A stretch of DNA of 64,000 nucleotides, from positions 96,001-160,000 of IMG/VR virus record IMGVR_UViG_3300031555_004294, one strand, 5' to 3'. The translations under genes and the position numbers were made by a program. Within the stretch, counting starts at the first letter, position 1. Each line of letters starts with the position of its first letter. Shown here piece by piece: positions 29,367 through 38,936 of the stretch. The notes beneath the pieces are model-generated. The model made no database searches, had not been told where the DNA came from, and worked only from the letters and a program-made list of their open reading frames with translations. Source of the DNA: a virus (taxonomy: Duplodnaviria > Caudoviricetes).

Positions 29367-29465
29367 AAAATTTCTTCTCCTTAAAATAAAAATACTTTCT
29401 GTACAATGGTAATTAAATTTTGCAATACCATTGTACAGAAAAATTATATATAGACAAAAAACTCT

Positions 29466-30161
29466 TTAATTCACATTTAGCAATCTATTGAAAGCAGCTT
29501 TCTTAATTAGTGTTAGTAGTTTAGTACTGTTTATGTAGAAAGTACTATTGTAGTACAGGAAAATATCTGGTAGTAAATCTTTTGAGTTATCTAATGAAAA
29601 TGATGTACTATCACCTACAAAGTTTATATGAATTTCATCAAGGGCGATATCTTTGTTAAAAGTTGCTTTACATTCTTTTTTAGTCTCATTTGTTACGTAA
29701 ATTGAAACTAAATCTTCAAATTCTTGCTGGGTGAGTTCTCTGTCATATGTGTCTCTGTTATTAGAAAAGAAGAAAAACTTAAGCTGGTTTTCTAAAACAG
29801 ATATTTGTCTTTCCATAGTTTTATTAGTTGTAACAATACTATCATCTATGGTAACCCAATTGTTAGCATAAGTACCAATACTAGCAATACCATAATTGTA
29901 ATTGTTTGTGTCTACATTTAAGACATTGCTATTGATAGATGTAAGTGAGTCTGATGAAATGGAACTAATGGAAGTAGCTAATTCTGCTTCATCAATATTT
30001 ACATCATCAATGGTAGTATGGACGTTATCTACACTTTCTAAAACAGAACAAATAGAAAGGTCTGCACAAATATTAGATTCGGTTTCTATGGTTTTAGTTG
30101 CATCAACATCTGTAGCTGCATTTGAGTTCAACCAAGCACATATTACATTTTCGTTTGTCAT
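29466..30161 (-). CDS. Hypothetical protein
   Basis: Low-complexity N-terminus; C-terminal region resembles that of the 30179 gene. Confidence 0.6.
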   Translation of the reverse strand: MTNENVICAWLNSNAATDVDATKTIETESNICADLSICSVLESVDNVHTTIDDVNIDEAELATSISSISSDSLTSINSNVLNVDTNNYNYGIASIGTYANNWVTIDDSIVTTNKTMERQISVLENQLKFFFFSNNRDTYDRELTQQEFEDLVSIYVTNETKKECKATFNKDIALDEIHINFVGDSTSFSLDNSKDLLPDIFLYYNSTFYINSTKLLTLIKKAAFNRLLNVN

Positions 30162-30178
30162 ATTTACTTTCTCCTTCT

Positions 30179-30727
30179 TTAAATTTTGAGTTCTTCATTG
30201 AAAATGATTTTTCTTAGGAAATGGCAAAGTTCATTTGTGTTCACATGATATTCTTTGCACTGTATACTACTAATTTCGATAGAAGTTCTGATTAGAAGAT
30301 CCCTTACTTCAAAATTTGAAAAATTATAAGAACCCTTTATGTTATCTATATGGAATGTATAGTTATCAGAGCGTTCTTCTATATACTTTATGCGATAAGA
30401 CCAACCAGTATTATTGTTGATGTCATCAACCAAATCACCAAGTTCAACATAATGATTCTTGTAAGTTTCTTTGTGATCTAAGTAGTAAAAGTTTAGACTA
30501 TTTTGTCTTTGAGCTTCATTAATTTTAGTTTCCAATTCGCTAGCACACATTAAATCAGCCTTAGAATTTATACAGCTCCTAAGAGACTCTAAATCTGAAG
30601 AATAACCATACAGATTAAAATTTTGTAAATTGTCTATAGTACTAGCTTGAGAATATACGTTACTTTGAAGGTCATAAAGTTTATATTCTAGTTCTCTAAT
30701 TTTACTTAACAATTCTTCATTTTCCAT
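30179..30727 (-). CDS. Hypothetical protein with N-terminal coiled coil
   Basis: GAGG RBS, 182 aa. Confidence 0.6.
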   Translation of the reverse strand: MENEELLSKIRELEYKLYDLQSNVYSQASTIDNLQNFNLYGYSSDLESLRSCINSKADLMCASELETKINEAQRQNSLNFYYLDHKETYKNHYVELGDLVDDINNNTGWSYRIKYIEERSDNYTFHIDNIKGSYNFSNFEVRDLLIRTSIEISSIQCKEYHVNTNELCHFLRKIIFNEELKI

Positions 30728-30802
30728 TTTAGTTCCTCTTCTCTCAAAAAAAATTATCGTGTAACCACATACAGTTTAAGTATATGGTTACACGAATTTT
30801 TG

Positions 30803-32707
30803 TCAGTTAAAATACAAATCGTCTAAAATTGACTTTCCATCCTTGAAATACAATTCGGGAGACTGAATCTGCTTCTTTAAGTGTTCGAAGCTCAAAGAGA
30901 CTGCAGAAGAAGGAGAATTAAAGATACCATCAGATACTTTAAGAATTACATATCCTTCATCATCATCATATCTTTCAGGTTTCTTAGTTAAGTCATCTGC
31001 ATCTCTACAAAGTTCTCTTAAAATAAGTTCTGCATGAACTGCGTTCAAACCAATATCACCTTCATTAAGCAACTCAATGAATTTATTCGTCATGTCATCA
31101 ATATTTGTAACACCTAAATGGTCTGAACTTTCAATCAGGTCAATAATTGCTTGCAGAGAAGTTGAAAGCTCATTATTTTCAAGATTGAAAGTAAATACTG
31201 CATCGTTAATTGCACATAAAGATTTAACACCTAACACAATTTTGTTGTTACTATCACGAACTGGATTAGTCTGAATCAAGTCTGAAATTGTATTAGAAAA
31301 TACTAATTTCATGGGAGGTTCAATTTCAATTTCATGACCTAAACGTCCTTTAATGACGAACTTTGATATTGTAAGGTTGTTTTCATCGTCAGTCTCAATG
31401 TACTCATCATCAATGATGATATTTGCACCAGACTTTTCTTTTTCTGTGTCAATATAAATTGAACCCTTGTCTATGATGAAATACTCTAACATTTCTTTAG
31501 GCCAATCTATAACATCTGATGAAGTAGTCTGTAAGTGCTTAGCACTCAGAAGCTTCTGAGTTAACTGTTCGGTAAGTTCTAGTACTGCTAAAATACCAAT
31601 ATGGATGTTACTATTTACATGTGCTAGATCACCATAACAAGTTTTACAAACTTTACCATCATGACATTTACATTTAACTGGTGTTCTAAACTTAAGAGTT
31701 TGTCCAATCAAATTCTTGTGTATCTTATTGTCAAATCTCTCTAATGTTTCGTCTTCTTCATTCAAGAAATATCTAAGGTTAAATCTCTTAGCAGTATTTT
31801 CAGAGTCAATTAATACTTCGCTGTACTCGTCGGTACCACAATCATCTTCCTCAGATAAGAAAGTATCCATTAAGAGTAGTGACAATTTTCTTGTTAGGTA
31901 GCCCGATTCCTTGACCCTTTTATGGCTCGTTATGAGTGCCTTACGAGCTAGTATCGCTACTATGAAGAAGTCAGTAATATTCTTAAGTCCTTTTAGGTAA
32001 TTGGTTTGAATTACATATGGAATGATGTTTCCATCGAGGTCTGCCTTTAAAGCAATTGTAGAAATAATTTCTTTAAACTGCTTTCTGTTAATACCAGTCT
32101 TTGCATTAAAATAAGGTTTGAAACAAGTATCTTCAGTTTCAAGAATGTTCATAAGCTCATCAAATTCTTTATTAACAAACTCTTCAATCTCAGAAAAGTC
32201 TAATCCACTAGGTACTTCTTCATTTACAAGTTCTTTAAATCTATCATTCTCGCTATAAAGATTTACTAAGTCATGTAAAGATAAAGTACTACCAGAATAA
32301 ACATTAAACTTTCCAGAAAGGTCAGAAAGGTGGTTAATGGAATTCTTGATAGAAATATTTAGTTCATCTAAATATCCCTTTTTCTCAATTTCTAAATCGA
32401 CAAAATATTTGATTACATCATTGAAATAATTGATGACTGTATTTTTATTAAAGTTTTTGATCTTATCAAGTATGATAAACCTGTTTTCTGGTATAATTTT
32501 CTGATCTACAAATGGTATCAACAGTATCATCTGTGTGATTAGATTAGCCATTGTACCTTCATAAACTTCACCATTTAAAGAAAAAGTAATGTTTATTTTT
32601 CTTCTCTTGTAGTCATCTAATATTTTAGATTCATACAATTCTAGCTTCTTATAAAATTCCTGCTTATCTTCAATTAGACCATTTAAGTTTATAGTCTTCT
32701 TTGCCAT
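30803..32707 (-). CDS. rpoC: Phage multisubunit RNA polymerase beta' C-terminal subunit
   Basis: Bridge helix ARKAL...SGYLTRKL, DDCGT, RTPVKC...VCKTCYG Zn site, trigger-loop TQKLLSAKH. Early-type motif 32772-32784. Confidence 0.9.
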   Translation of the reverse strand: MAKKTINLNGLIEDKQEFYKKLELYESKILDDYKRRKINITFSLNGEVYEGTMANLITQMILLIPFVDQKIIPENRFIILDKIKNFNKNTVINYFNDVIKYFVDLEIEKKGYLDELNISIKNSINHLSDLSGKFNVYSGSTLSLHDLVNLYSENDRFKELVNEEVPSGLDFSEIEEFVNKEFDELMNILETEDTCFKPYFNAKTGINRKQFKEIISTIALKADLDGNIIPYVIQTNYLKGLKNITDFFIVAILARKALITSHKRVKESGYLTRKLSLLLMDTFLSEEDDCGTDEYSEVLIDSENTAKRFNLRYFLNEEDETLERFDNKIHKNLIGQTLKFRTPVKCKCHDGKVCKTCYGDLAHVNSNIHIGILAVLELTEQLTQKLLSAKHLQTTSSDVIDWPKEMLEYFIIDKGSIYIDTEKEKSGANIIIDDEYIETDDENNLTISKFVIKGRLGHEIEIEPPMKLVFSNTISDLIQTNPVRDSNNKIVLGVKSLCAINDAVFTFNLENNELSTSLQAIIDLIESSDHLGVTNIDDMTNKFIELLNEGDIGLNAVHAELILRELCRDADDLTKKPERYDDDEGYVILKVSDGIFNSPSSAVSLSFEHLKKQIQSPELYFKDGKSILDDLYFN

Positions 32708-32877
32708 AATGCAAAATTTCCTCCTCTTCCTCTATTATAATTTCCTACAAAAATGTATTTGTATCAAAGTCATAATATATAGATGAAACTTAAATAAAAA
32801 ATCATACTAACTGGTAAATAATCCAGTTAGTATGATTGTGTTTTTAGATTTATTTTTCTATAAAAATAGAAGAGTTA

Positions 32878-33375
32878 TTACTTCTTTTCAGAGTCCTTTA
32901 AAACCTTGGGCTTAAGAGCATTATCCTTAGTCTTGGTTCCAGATACACCCTCTTTAGGTGCCTTAACGATAGTCTGAGAAGTCTTCTTAGCAGCCTTAAG
33001 AGCAGCCTTAGCAGTTCTAGTAGCCTTGCTAGCATACTGCTTATTAATCTTAGCGATTAGCTTCTTACGGAGACGAGAAACCTTAACAAGCTTCTGATAG
33101 TCAGCACTCTTAGCAGCACGAGCAGCAGAAAGAGCAGCCATAGTCTTAGTTAAGTTAAAGTACTGATCTCTACTCATAACACGTTGTTTGTTAGTCATCT
33201 TATTAGTGGAGACAGTAGCTTCAGTGTATACGGAATATTCATCACCAAGATCAGCATAACCGCTTTCACGGAGCCATTCTACGATCATATCAAAATCTTC
33301 CTGTATAATCATTTCATTTTCAACCTCTTCAGGAGTTTGATTTTCATTTAGATTCTTGTATTCATCAAGTAACAT
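32878..33375 (-). CDS. Putative virion protein with acidic propeptide and basic mature region
   Basis: Late promoter 33425-33436. Acidic N-terminus ending YTE|A, then K/A-rich. Confidence 0.55.
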   Translation of the reverse strand: MLLDEYKNLNENQTPEEVENEMIIQEDFDMIVEWLRESGYADLGDEYSVYTEATVSTNKMTNKQRVMSRDQYFNLTKTMAALSAARAAKSADYQKLVKVSRLRKKLIAKINKQYASKATRTAKAALKAAKKTSQTIVKAPKEGVSGTKTKDNALKPKVLKDSEKK

Positions 33376-33497
33376 TTTATATCACCTTTCCTTTTTAGAT
33401 TTTTAAATTTAAATAGTTTTACTTTATTAGATTGTTGTTTCTAAAAATATTAAAAATTTTGTATGTTCCTGTTTACTTTTATCTCTAGAAACCTGAA

Positions 33498-33950
33498 TTA
33501 TTTGGAAATAGCTGTAAAGATATCCATGAATTCTTGTAAAGGCTGTTTTTCAGTAAGAATTGCTTTTTTATTCTTTTCTACTTTTTCCTTTTGTTCATCG
33601 CTAGTAGTATCTGGAATGATAGAAGCGTCATCATTTTCTTCATCAAGCATGTTAGCTGATGCATTTTGAACGCCAGCTGTATTAGCTTGTGTTTGTTTAG
33701 CAAATTTCTTTTCTCGACTTGCTAGTTTCATTCCATCTGCTTTTGCAGTAGCTACATCTTTCATACCGCCTGCTATTTCTTTAACGCCTTCTTTAACTTC
33801 TTTTCCGCCAGCTTTTACTCTAGCTTTGCCATTTTCTATTCTACCTTTTGCTGCTGCCATTGCGTCGTTATTAAGTTGTTTAGCGTTATCTATATTTTCT
33901 TGAGAATCTGCAACTTCTTCCTCATATAAGTAGATCCATTTTTTTGCCAC
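33498..33950 (-). CDS. Hypothetical late protein
   Basis: Late promoter 34009-34020, GAAAGGAG RBS. Confidence 0.6.
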   Translation of the reverse strand: MAKKWIYLYEEEVADSQENIDNAKQLNNDAMAAAKGRIENGKARVKAGGKEVKEGVKEIAGGMKDVATAKADGMKLASREKKFAKQTQANTAGVQNASANMLDEENDDASIIPDTTSDEQKEKVEKNKKAILTEKQPLQEFMDIFTAISK

Positions 33951-34061
33951 TTTACTGCACTCCTTTCCATTATAAATTTTTGTACAATTTTAATCACACC
34001 TTTATCTATATATAATTGTTTTGAAAATATTTTACTAACACAAGAAAGGAAGAAAGTAAAA

Positions 34062-34562
34062 ATGGAGAAAAAAGTTATTTGGTCTAATTGTGATTTAAAA
34101 CTTGATGATTGGATTGATTGTTTTAAAGAAACAAACCCTGATTTAACTGAAGAAGAGTACTTACAAATGATGTATGAAGCTAACGATGGTAACTTAGATT
34201 TTGTAAGAGATGATTTAGATAAGGTAGTAGCTGATAGTATTTTAGTTATTGCAGATATAGGTAGATGGAATGGTCGAGTTATGGGATACAAAGTTATAGA
34301 AAGTGGAAATCTTGCTGATTGTTTATATTCTGACTGTGATATGGCTGAATGGTATATTGATGAAGAAAATGAGTTTAAAGGACATTTTGTTCATCATGAT
34401 GGTCGTAATAATTGTTACTACAGAATCTGGAAAGATGACATAGAAGATGAAAACAAAGAAGAACTGTTAAATTTGATTTACAATGGTAAAGCAACTCAAG
34501 AAGATATAGACAATTTAACTGAAAAATTAGGTGACACAATTAGTAAAATTTATGGTTGGTGA
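34062..34562 (+). CDS. Hypothetical acidic protein
   Basis: First gene after the early-like motif at ~34004; DIGRWNGR and HHDG conserved-looking motifs. Confidence 0.7.
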   Translation: MEKKVIWSNCDLKLDDWIDCFKETNPDLTEEEYLQMMYEANDGNLDFVRDDLDKVVADSILVIADIGRWNGRVMGYKVIESGNLADCLYSDCDMAEWYIDEENEFKGHFVHHDGRNNCYYRIWKDDIEDENKEELLNLIYNGKATQEDIDNLTEKLGDTISKIYGW

Positions 34563-34569
34563 TTTGAAA

Positions 34570-34920
34570 ATGACAAATGATGAAATTGTAAAACACTTTA
34601 TATTTGATTTGGAAATGGAAAGATTTAATAGAACTACAAAAACAATCTTTCTATCATTTTCAAATGTACTTGGATTTAAACTTGTAAAAGAAAGAACTTA
34701 TAAAATTGATGTTGATTTAGTAAGGAAATTTCTAAAAGTTGTTTTAAAAGCTGGATTTACATTTCCTCTAAATGCTAAAACATATGTTTCTGATGATAGA
34801 GAAGAAATAATCTTGGATTTAGAACTCAAAAAAATTTATATTTTGAGAGAAGGAACTATTTGTTGTAAAAATTACATTCCAGAATATGTAGAGGAGTACA
34901 AATTAGAAAATGACGAATGA
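34570..34920 (+). CDS. MTNEE-array protein 1
   Basis: MTNDEIVKHFIFDL...IPEYVEEY. Confidence 0.8.
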   Translation: MTNDEIVKHFIFDLEMERFNRTTKTIFLSFSNVLGFKLVKERTYKIDVDLVRKFLKVVLKAGFTFPLNAKTYVSDDREEIILDLELKKIYILREGTICCKNYIPEYVEEYKLENDE

Positions 34921-35257
34921 AGAAATTAGAAAAAAATTTTTGTTTGATTTAACAATGGGAAGATTTGAAAGAATTATTACTGACCAAATTATATTTTATG
35001 GACCATATCTTGAAACTTTCCAATTGGCAATGGTGTTAATTGACCTTGGATTTGAAAATGCAGAGTATGAAGATAAACTTAAGCGAAATAATTTCATACT
35101 TCTGGATAGAACAGAAATTCGTATATTTACTGAAACTAAAAGTTTTCACACTTATTGGATACCTAGCAGTATTGGTAATAGCAATCCTATAAATCAACAA
35201 ATACCAGATTATGTAAAAAAATATAAAATAACGGATAGTAGAGTTCTAATTACCTAA
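34910..35257 (+). CDS. MTNEE-array protein 2
   Basis: MTNEEIRKKFLFDL...IPDYVKKY. Confidence 0.85.
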   Translation: MTNEEIRKKFLFDLTMGRFERIITDQIIFYGPYLETFQLAMVLIDLGFENAEYEDKLKRNNFILLDRTEIRIFTETKSFHTYWIPSSIGNSNPINQQIPDYVKKYKITDSRVLIT

Positions 35258-35276
35258 AGGAGTAAGAATTTAGAAA

Positions 35277-35600
35277 ATGACGAATGAAGAAATTAGAAAG
35301 AGATTTGAATTTGACTTAAAAATGGGAAGATTTAAAGTTTCTCCAGATTCAGTACATTTAGGTTTGTTAACATCTAAAAATCAAGATGCATGTAATAGGC
35401 TGTTTAAGTTATTGACTGATATAGGAAAAACACAAATTGGACCTGGTTTTGAAGAAGAATTTGATGGTGTTTATATCTTTTCCTCATTCAAAAATAGATT
35501 TCAGTTGTTAAAATATAATGAAAAGATATTAGCTGAAGGTAAAGCTATTTTTAATGAAATTCCAGATTATATCAAGGAGTACAAAATAAATGACGAATGA
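35277..35600 (+). CDS. MTNEE-array protein 3
   Basis: MTNEEIRKRFEFDL...IPDYIKEY. Confidence 0.85.
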   Translation: MTNEEIRKRFEFDLKMGRFKVSPDSVHLGLLTSKNQDACNRLFKLLTDIGKTQIGPGFEEEFDGVYIFSSFKNRFQLLKYNEKILAEGKAIFNEIPDYIKEYKINDE

Positions 35601-35910
35601 AGAAATTAGAAAAAGGTTTCAATTTGATTTGGAAGTAGGAGTCTTTAAGAAAATTGAATTTGAAACTTATTTTTTAATAAAACGAAAAGACCTATGTTTT
35701 ATCGATTTCTTAATTGATATAGGTTACTTTTTTACATTTTTACCAAGTGCAGATGCATTAATAAATCAATCTATTAGGGAAACAAATGAAGTTTGTATGG
35801 TGCTAAATGAAGCTACTAAAGAAATAAACCCAACACTATGGAGATTTAAAGAATACTTTAATGATGTACCAGATTATATCAAGGAGTACAAAATAAAAAA
35901 TGACGAATGA
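35590..35910 (+). CDS. MTNEE-array protein 4
   Basis: Same terminal motifs. Confidence 0.85.
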   Translation: MTNEEIRKRFQFDLEVGVFKKIEFETYFLIKRKDLCFIDFLIDIGYFFTFLPSADALINQSIRETNEVCMVLNEATKEINPTLWRFKEYFNDVPDYIKEYKIKNDE

Positions 35911-36229
35911 GAATGAAGAAAAAAGATTCCAATTTGATTTGGATCTGGAAATAAAGTACAAAACTAAGTATACTAAGAACCACAAAATAGTATATTTCGT
36001 TTTGGACGATTCTGATTCTTATCCTTTCTTAATAGAATTAAGAAATGTTTTAAAAAGGTTAGGATACAAAAAGAAAGGTGGCTATGTGAAAAATAGCAAC
36101 GCTTTAAAGTTATATCTTAAGACAAGAAGATATGAAGAAGTGTATTCTGCACCAGATTTTAAGTCCATAACTTCACCTAAGAATCGATTTCCAGATTTTA
36201 TTAAGGAGCGTGTTTTAAATGACGAATGA
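35900..36229 (+). CDS. MTNEE-array protein 5
   Basis: MTNENEEKRFQFDL...FPDFIKE. Confidence 0.85.
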   Translation: MTNENEEKRFQFDLDLEIKYKTKYTKNHKIVYFVLDDSDSYPFLIELRNVLKRLGYKKKGGYVKNSNALKLYLKTRRYEEVYSAPDFKSITSPKNRFPDFIKERVLNDE

Positions 36230-36533
36230 AGAAATTAGAAAAAGATTTGAATTCGATACAGAATTTTTATTTAAAAATAGCAACTTAGATGAAATGTACT
36301 TTGTTTGTCCTATAAATAAAATAGGAAAATTTTTATATTTTTTAGAACATGATCTTGGATATAAAAGGAAAAATGCCATTTTTCCAAGGGGTTACAGAAT
36401 GAATGTAATTTATTTGGCAGTTTGTACAAAGTCTAAGTGTCTTATTAGATTTGAAGATTACGTAGATGGCTCTATTAGACTAAATCCAGTACCAGAGTAT
36501 ATTAAGGAGTATGAAATAAACTATGACGAATGA
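36219..36533 (+). CDS. MTNEE-array protein 6
   Basis: Same terminal motifs. Confidence 0.85.
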   Translation: MTNEEIRKRFEFDTEFLFKNSNLDEMYFVCPINKIGKFLYFLEHDLGYKRKNAIFPRGYRMNVIYLAVCTKSKCLIRFEDYVDGSIRLNPVPEYIKEYEINYDE

Positions 36534-36852
36534 AGAAATCAGAAAAAGATTTAAATTTGACATTGAAATGGGTGTATTTGAAATAAACAAAAGTATACTT
36601 TGTTACACATTCAATGATAGCACGGAAAGTTGTCTTAAATTAAGAAAACTACTACTTGATATTGGAATGAAAGAATTGGAAAGATTTAGAAAACATAAAG
36701 ATGATGAAATTTGTACGGTACTGTTCTATGTTATAAATCCTGAAAGTTCTGATGATTCATGGAATAATACATTTGATACTTTTCAATATCGTGATGATGT
36801 CTATAGAAATAACAAAATTCCAGATTACGTCAAGGAGTATGTTATAGAATGA
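36523..36852 (+). CDS. MTNEE-array protein 7
   Basis: Same terminal motifs. Confidence 0.85.
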   Translation: MTNEEIRKRFKFDIEMGVFEINKSILCYTFNDSTESCLKLRKLLLDIGMKELERFRKHKDDEICTVLFYVINPESSDDSWNNTFDTFQYRDDVYRNNKIPDYVKEYVIE

Positions 36853-37163
36853 CAAATGAAGAAATTAGAAAGAGATTTAAATTTGACTTAGAAATAGGAA
36901 TGTTCAAAAAAGACTATCCATTTGAAAGTATTACATTTCATGGGTATTATAAAGAAACTGCAAAATTAATAAAATTGCTTATTGATAGTGGCTATGAAGG
37001 GATAATTGCTAATAACTTAGAAAATAAGCATAATGGAGAACTTTATAGAACACAAATAGATGTTTCTAATAAAAAAATTTTAGCAATATATTGGACGTTG
37101 ACAGAAAATTATAATCTTCTTCCAGATTATATCAAGGAGTATGAAATAAACTATGACGAATGA
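36849..37163 (+). CDS. MTNEE-array protein 8
   Basis: Same terminal motifs. Confidence 0.85.
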   Translation: MTNEEIRKRFKFDLEIGMFKKDYPFESITFHGYYKETAKLIKLLIDSGYEGIIANNLENKHNGELYRTQIDVSNKKILAIYWTLTENYNLLPDYIKEYEINYDE

Positions 37164-37467
37164 AGAAATCAGAAAAAGATTTGAATTTGATATGAACATT
37201 GGTCTATTTTTACTAGACTCCAGTAATTTTATTACTGAAAAAACTTTGTTTAAATGCAGTTGGAATAGAAAACTTGCAACAAAGTTCTTAGAAATGCTTA
37301 GTGATAGTGGTTATAGTTTATCTCGGTATTACAAAGATTCAATCATCACCCTCTATGATAATCCTGTTATCGCACTAGATCAGATTAGCAAAATACATTC
37401 AATTATTGAGGATTTTGATGGAACTATATTGAACGAAATACCAGACTATATCAAGGAGTACAAATAG
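37153..37467 (+). CDS. MTNEE-array protein 9
   Basis: Same terminal motifs. Confidence 0.85.
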   Translation: MTNEEIRKRFEFDMNIGLFLLDSSNFITEKTLFKCSWNRKLATKFLEMLSDSGYSLSRYYKDSIITLYDNPVIALDQISKIHSIIEDFDGTILNEIPDYIKEYK

Positions 37468-37758
37468 ATGACGAATGAAGAAATTAGAAAAAGATTTGAG
37501 TTTGATAGCAAATTTAGTTTTAAGACTTACCCAAATTTTGCTTTCTTTAAAATTGACACTAAAACACCTATTACTAATAGATTTCTTGCAGTTTTACATG
37601 ACAATGGTTATACAGGAAAAGGTACTGTCAATAATACACATTTGTACTTAGTAATTGATTTTAGAGACAAAAAATTCTTAGGTATTGTAAGTGTTGATAA
37701 TGAAAATGTACTTATATACAATCAGATTCCAGATTATATCAGGGAATATAAAATATGA
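37468..37758 (+). CDS. MTNEE-array protein 10
   Basis: Same terminal motifs. Confidence 0.85.
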   Translation: MTNEEIRKRFEFDSKFSFKTYPNFAFFKIDTKTPITNRFLAVLHDNGYTGKGTVNNTHLYLVIDFRDKKFLGIVSVDNENVLIYNQIPDYIREYKI

Positions 37759-38105
37759 CGAATGAAGAAATTGAAAGAAAATTTGAGTTTGAATTAAGTA
37801 TAGGTCTCTTTAAGCATTCTATTAGATATCCAGATGAAATTCTTTTCAAAAGGGGTAGTAGAACCTACAAACTTCTTAAGTTGCTTACTAACATAGGTTT
37901 TGTTAGTGATGAAGATTCACTTTTAACTTTATGTAAGGAATCATATATAAAGGAACTTCTTGAAAGTAGAAATGGAGTTTATCTAGAAATAAGCATGAAG
38001 GACAGAATTGTAGATATAGATACAAATTGGAATTACTTGAATCCGATAACTCAGACTACGGATTTTAACGAAATACCAAGGTATGTAAAGGATTATCAAA
38101 TATGA
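37755..38105 (+). CDS. MTNEE-array protein 11
   Basis: Same terminal motifs. Confidence 0.85.
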   Translation: MTNEEIERKFEFELSIGLFKHSIRYPDEILFKRGSRTYKLLKLLTNIGFVSDEDSLLTLCKESYIKELLESRNGVYLEISMKDRIVDIDTNWNYLNPITQTTDFNEIPRYVKDYQI

Positions 38106-38509
38106 CGAATGAAGAAATTAGAAAAAGATTTGAGTTTGACTTAAAGATGGGTTTATTTAAAAATAGGAGTCGTTTTGCTGGAGGAGAATTTAGATTCTGT
38201 GGCTACCTTGAAGATTCTATTAAATTTTTAAATTTACTTATCGATAGTGGTTATTTGTGCTCAATGTCAGAAGATACGTTTAAAAACATGATAAGAACAT
38301 ACAATTCCGCTGATACTGAAAAACTGTGTAAAATAGATATAGTCCCTTCAGATAAAATAGTTTTATCAGTCAATAGGAGTTTTGAAAAAGAAGATAATCC
38401 ATTTCCAGATTACATTAAGGAATACAAAGTATCGTTAAATAACTTACAAAGGAAAGTAATTAGATTTAAAAACCTGACAAAAGAGAAGAAATACAATTAT
38501 GACGAATGA
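38102..38509 (+). CDS. MTNEE-array protein 12
   Basis: Same terminal motifs plus a C-terminal extension. Confidence 0.85.
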   Translation: MTNEEIRKRFEFDLKMGLFKNRSRFAGGEFRFCGYLEDSIKFLNLLIDSGYLCSMSEDTFKNMIRTYNSADTEKLCKIDIVPSDKIVLSVNRSFEKEDNPFPDYIKEYKVSLNNLQRKVIRFKNLTKEKKYNYDE

Positions 38510-38894
38510 AGAAATTAAAAAAAGATTTGAATTTGACTTAAAGATAGGTTTATTCAGGGAAGATATACTAGGATACGGTAAAAATAATGTAGTTACGTTT
38601 TATGATTACTATCGTAATTCTACTAAACTTCTGAAATTACTTATTGACTGTGGGTTTCTTTTTAGTAAACCTCCCACTCAATTAAATTTACCAGATCCAG
38701 ATATAGTAGAATGTACAACTGCTAAAGATCTTCTGTTTAAAATTACTATAAAACCAACTGATAAGTTAATCCTTGATACTCACTGGATTCTTAGACAACC
38801 ATTTAGTAGTAATCCACTACCAGAGTTTGTAAAAGATTATGAAATTCCAAAAAATTTTAATTTTGAAACTCTAATTCAAAAAAGTTCAGACTAA
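38499..38894 (+). CDS. MTNEE-array protein 13
   Basis: MTNEEIKKRFEFDL...LPEFVKDY. Confidence 0.85.
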   Translation: MTNEEIKKRFEFDLKIGLFREDILGYGKNNVVTFYDYYRNSTKLLKLLIDCGFLFSKPPTQLNLPDPDIVECTTAKDLLFKITIKPTDKLILDTHWILRQPFSSNPLPEFVKDYEIPKNFNFETLIQKSSD

Positions 38895-38936
38895 AAATTT
38901 ATTACACATGGAAAAGAAAGGAGATTTTAAAGCCAA

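Larger units (their letters stand above)
34570..38894 (+). repeat. Tandem array of 13 paralogous genes with a ~60-bp conserved junction repeat
   Basis: Junction consensus ccagattatatcaaggagta-(n)-atgacgaatgaagaaattagaaaaagatttgaatttga every ~290-400 bp; 49 bp identical at 36504 and 37134. Confidence 0.95.

Noticed and set aside
34570-38894. MTNEE array as a CRISPR, integron or DGR
   Set aside because: The repeats are coding and non-palindromic (no attC structure). No integrase, Cas or RT is in the window, and variation is not adenine-specific
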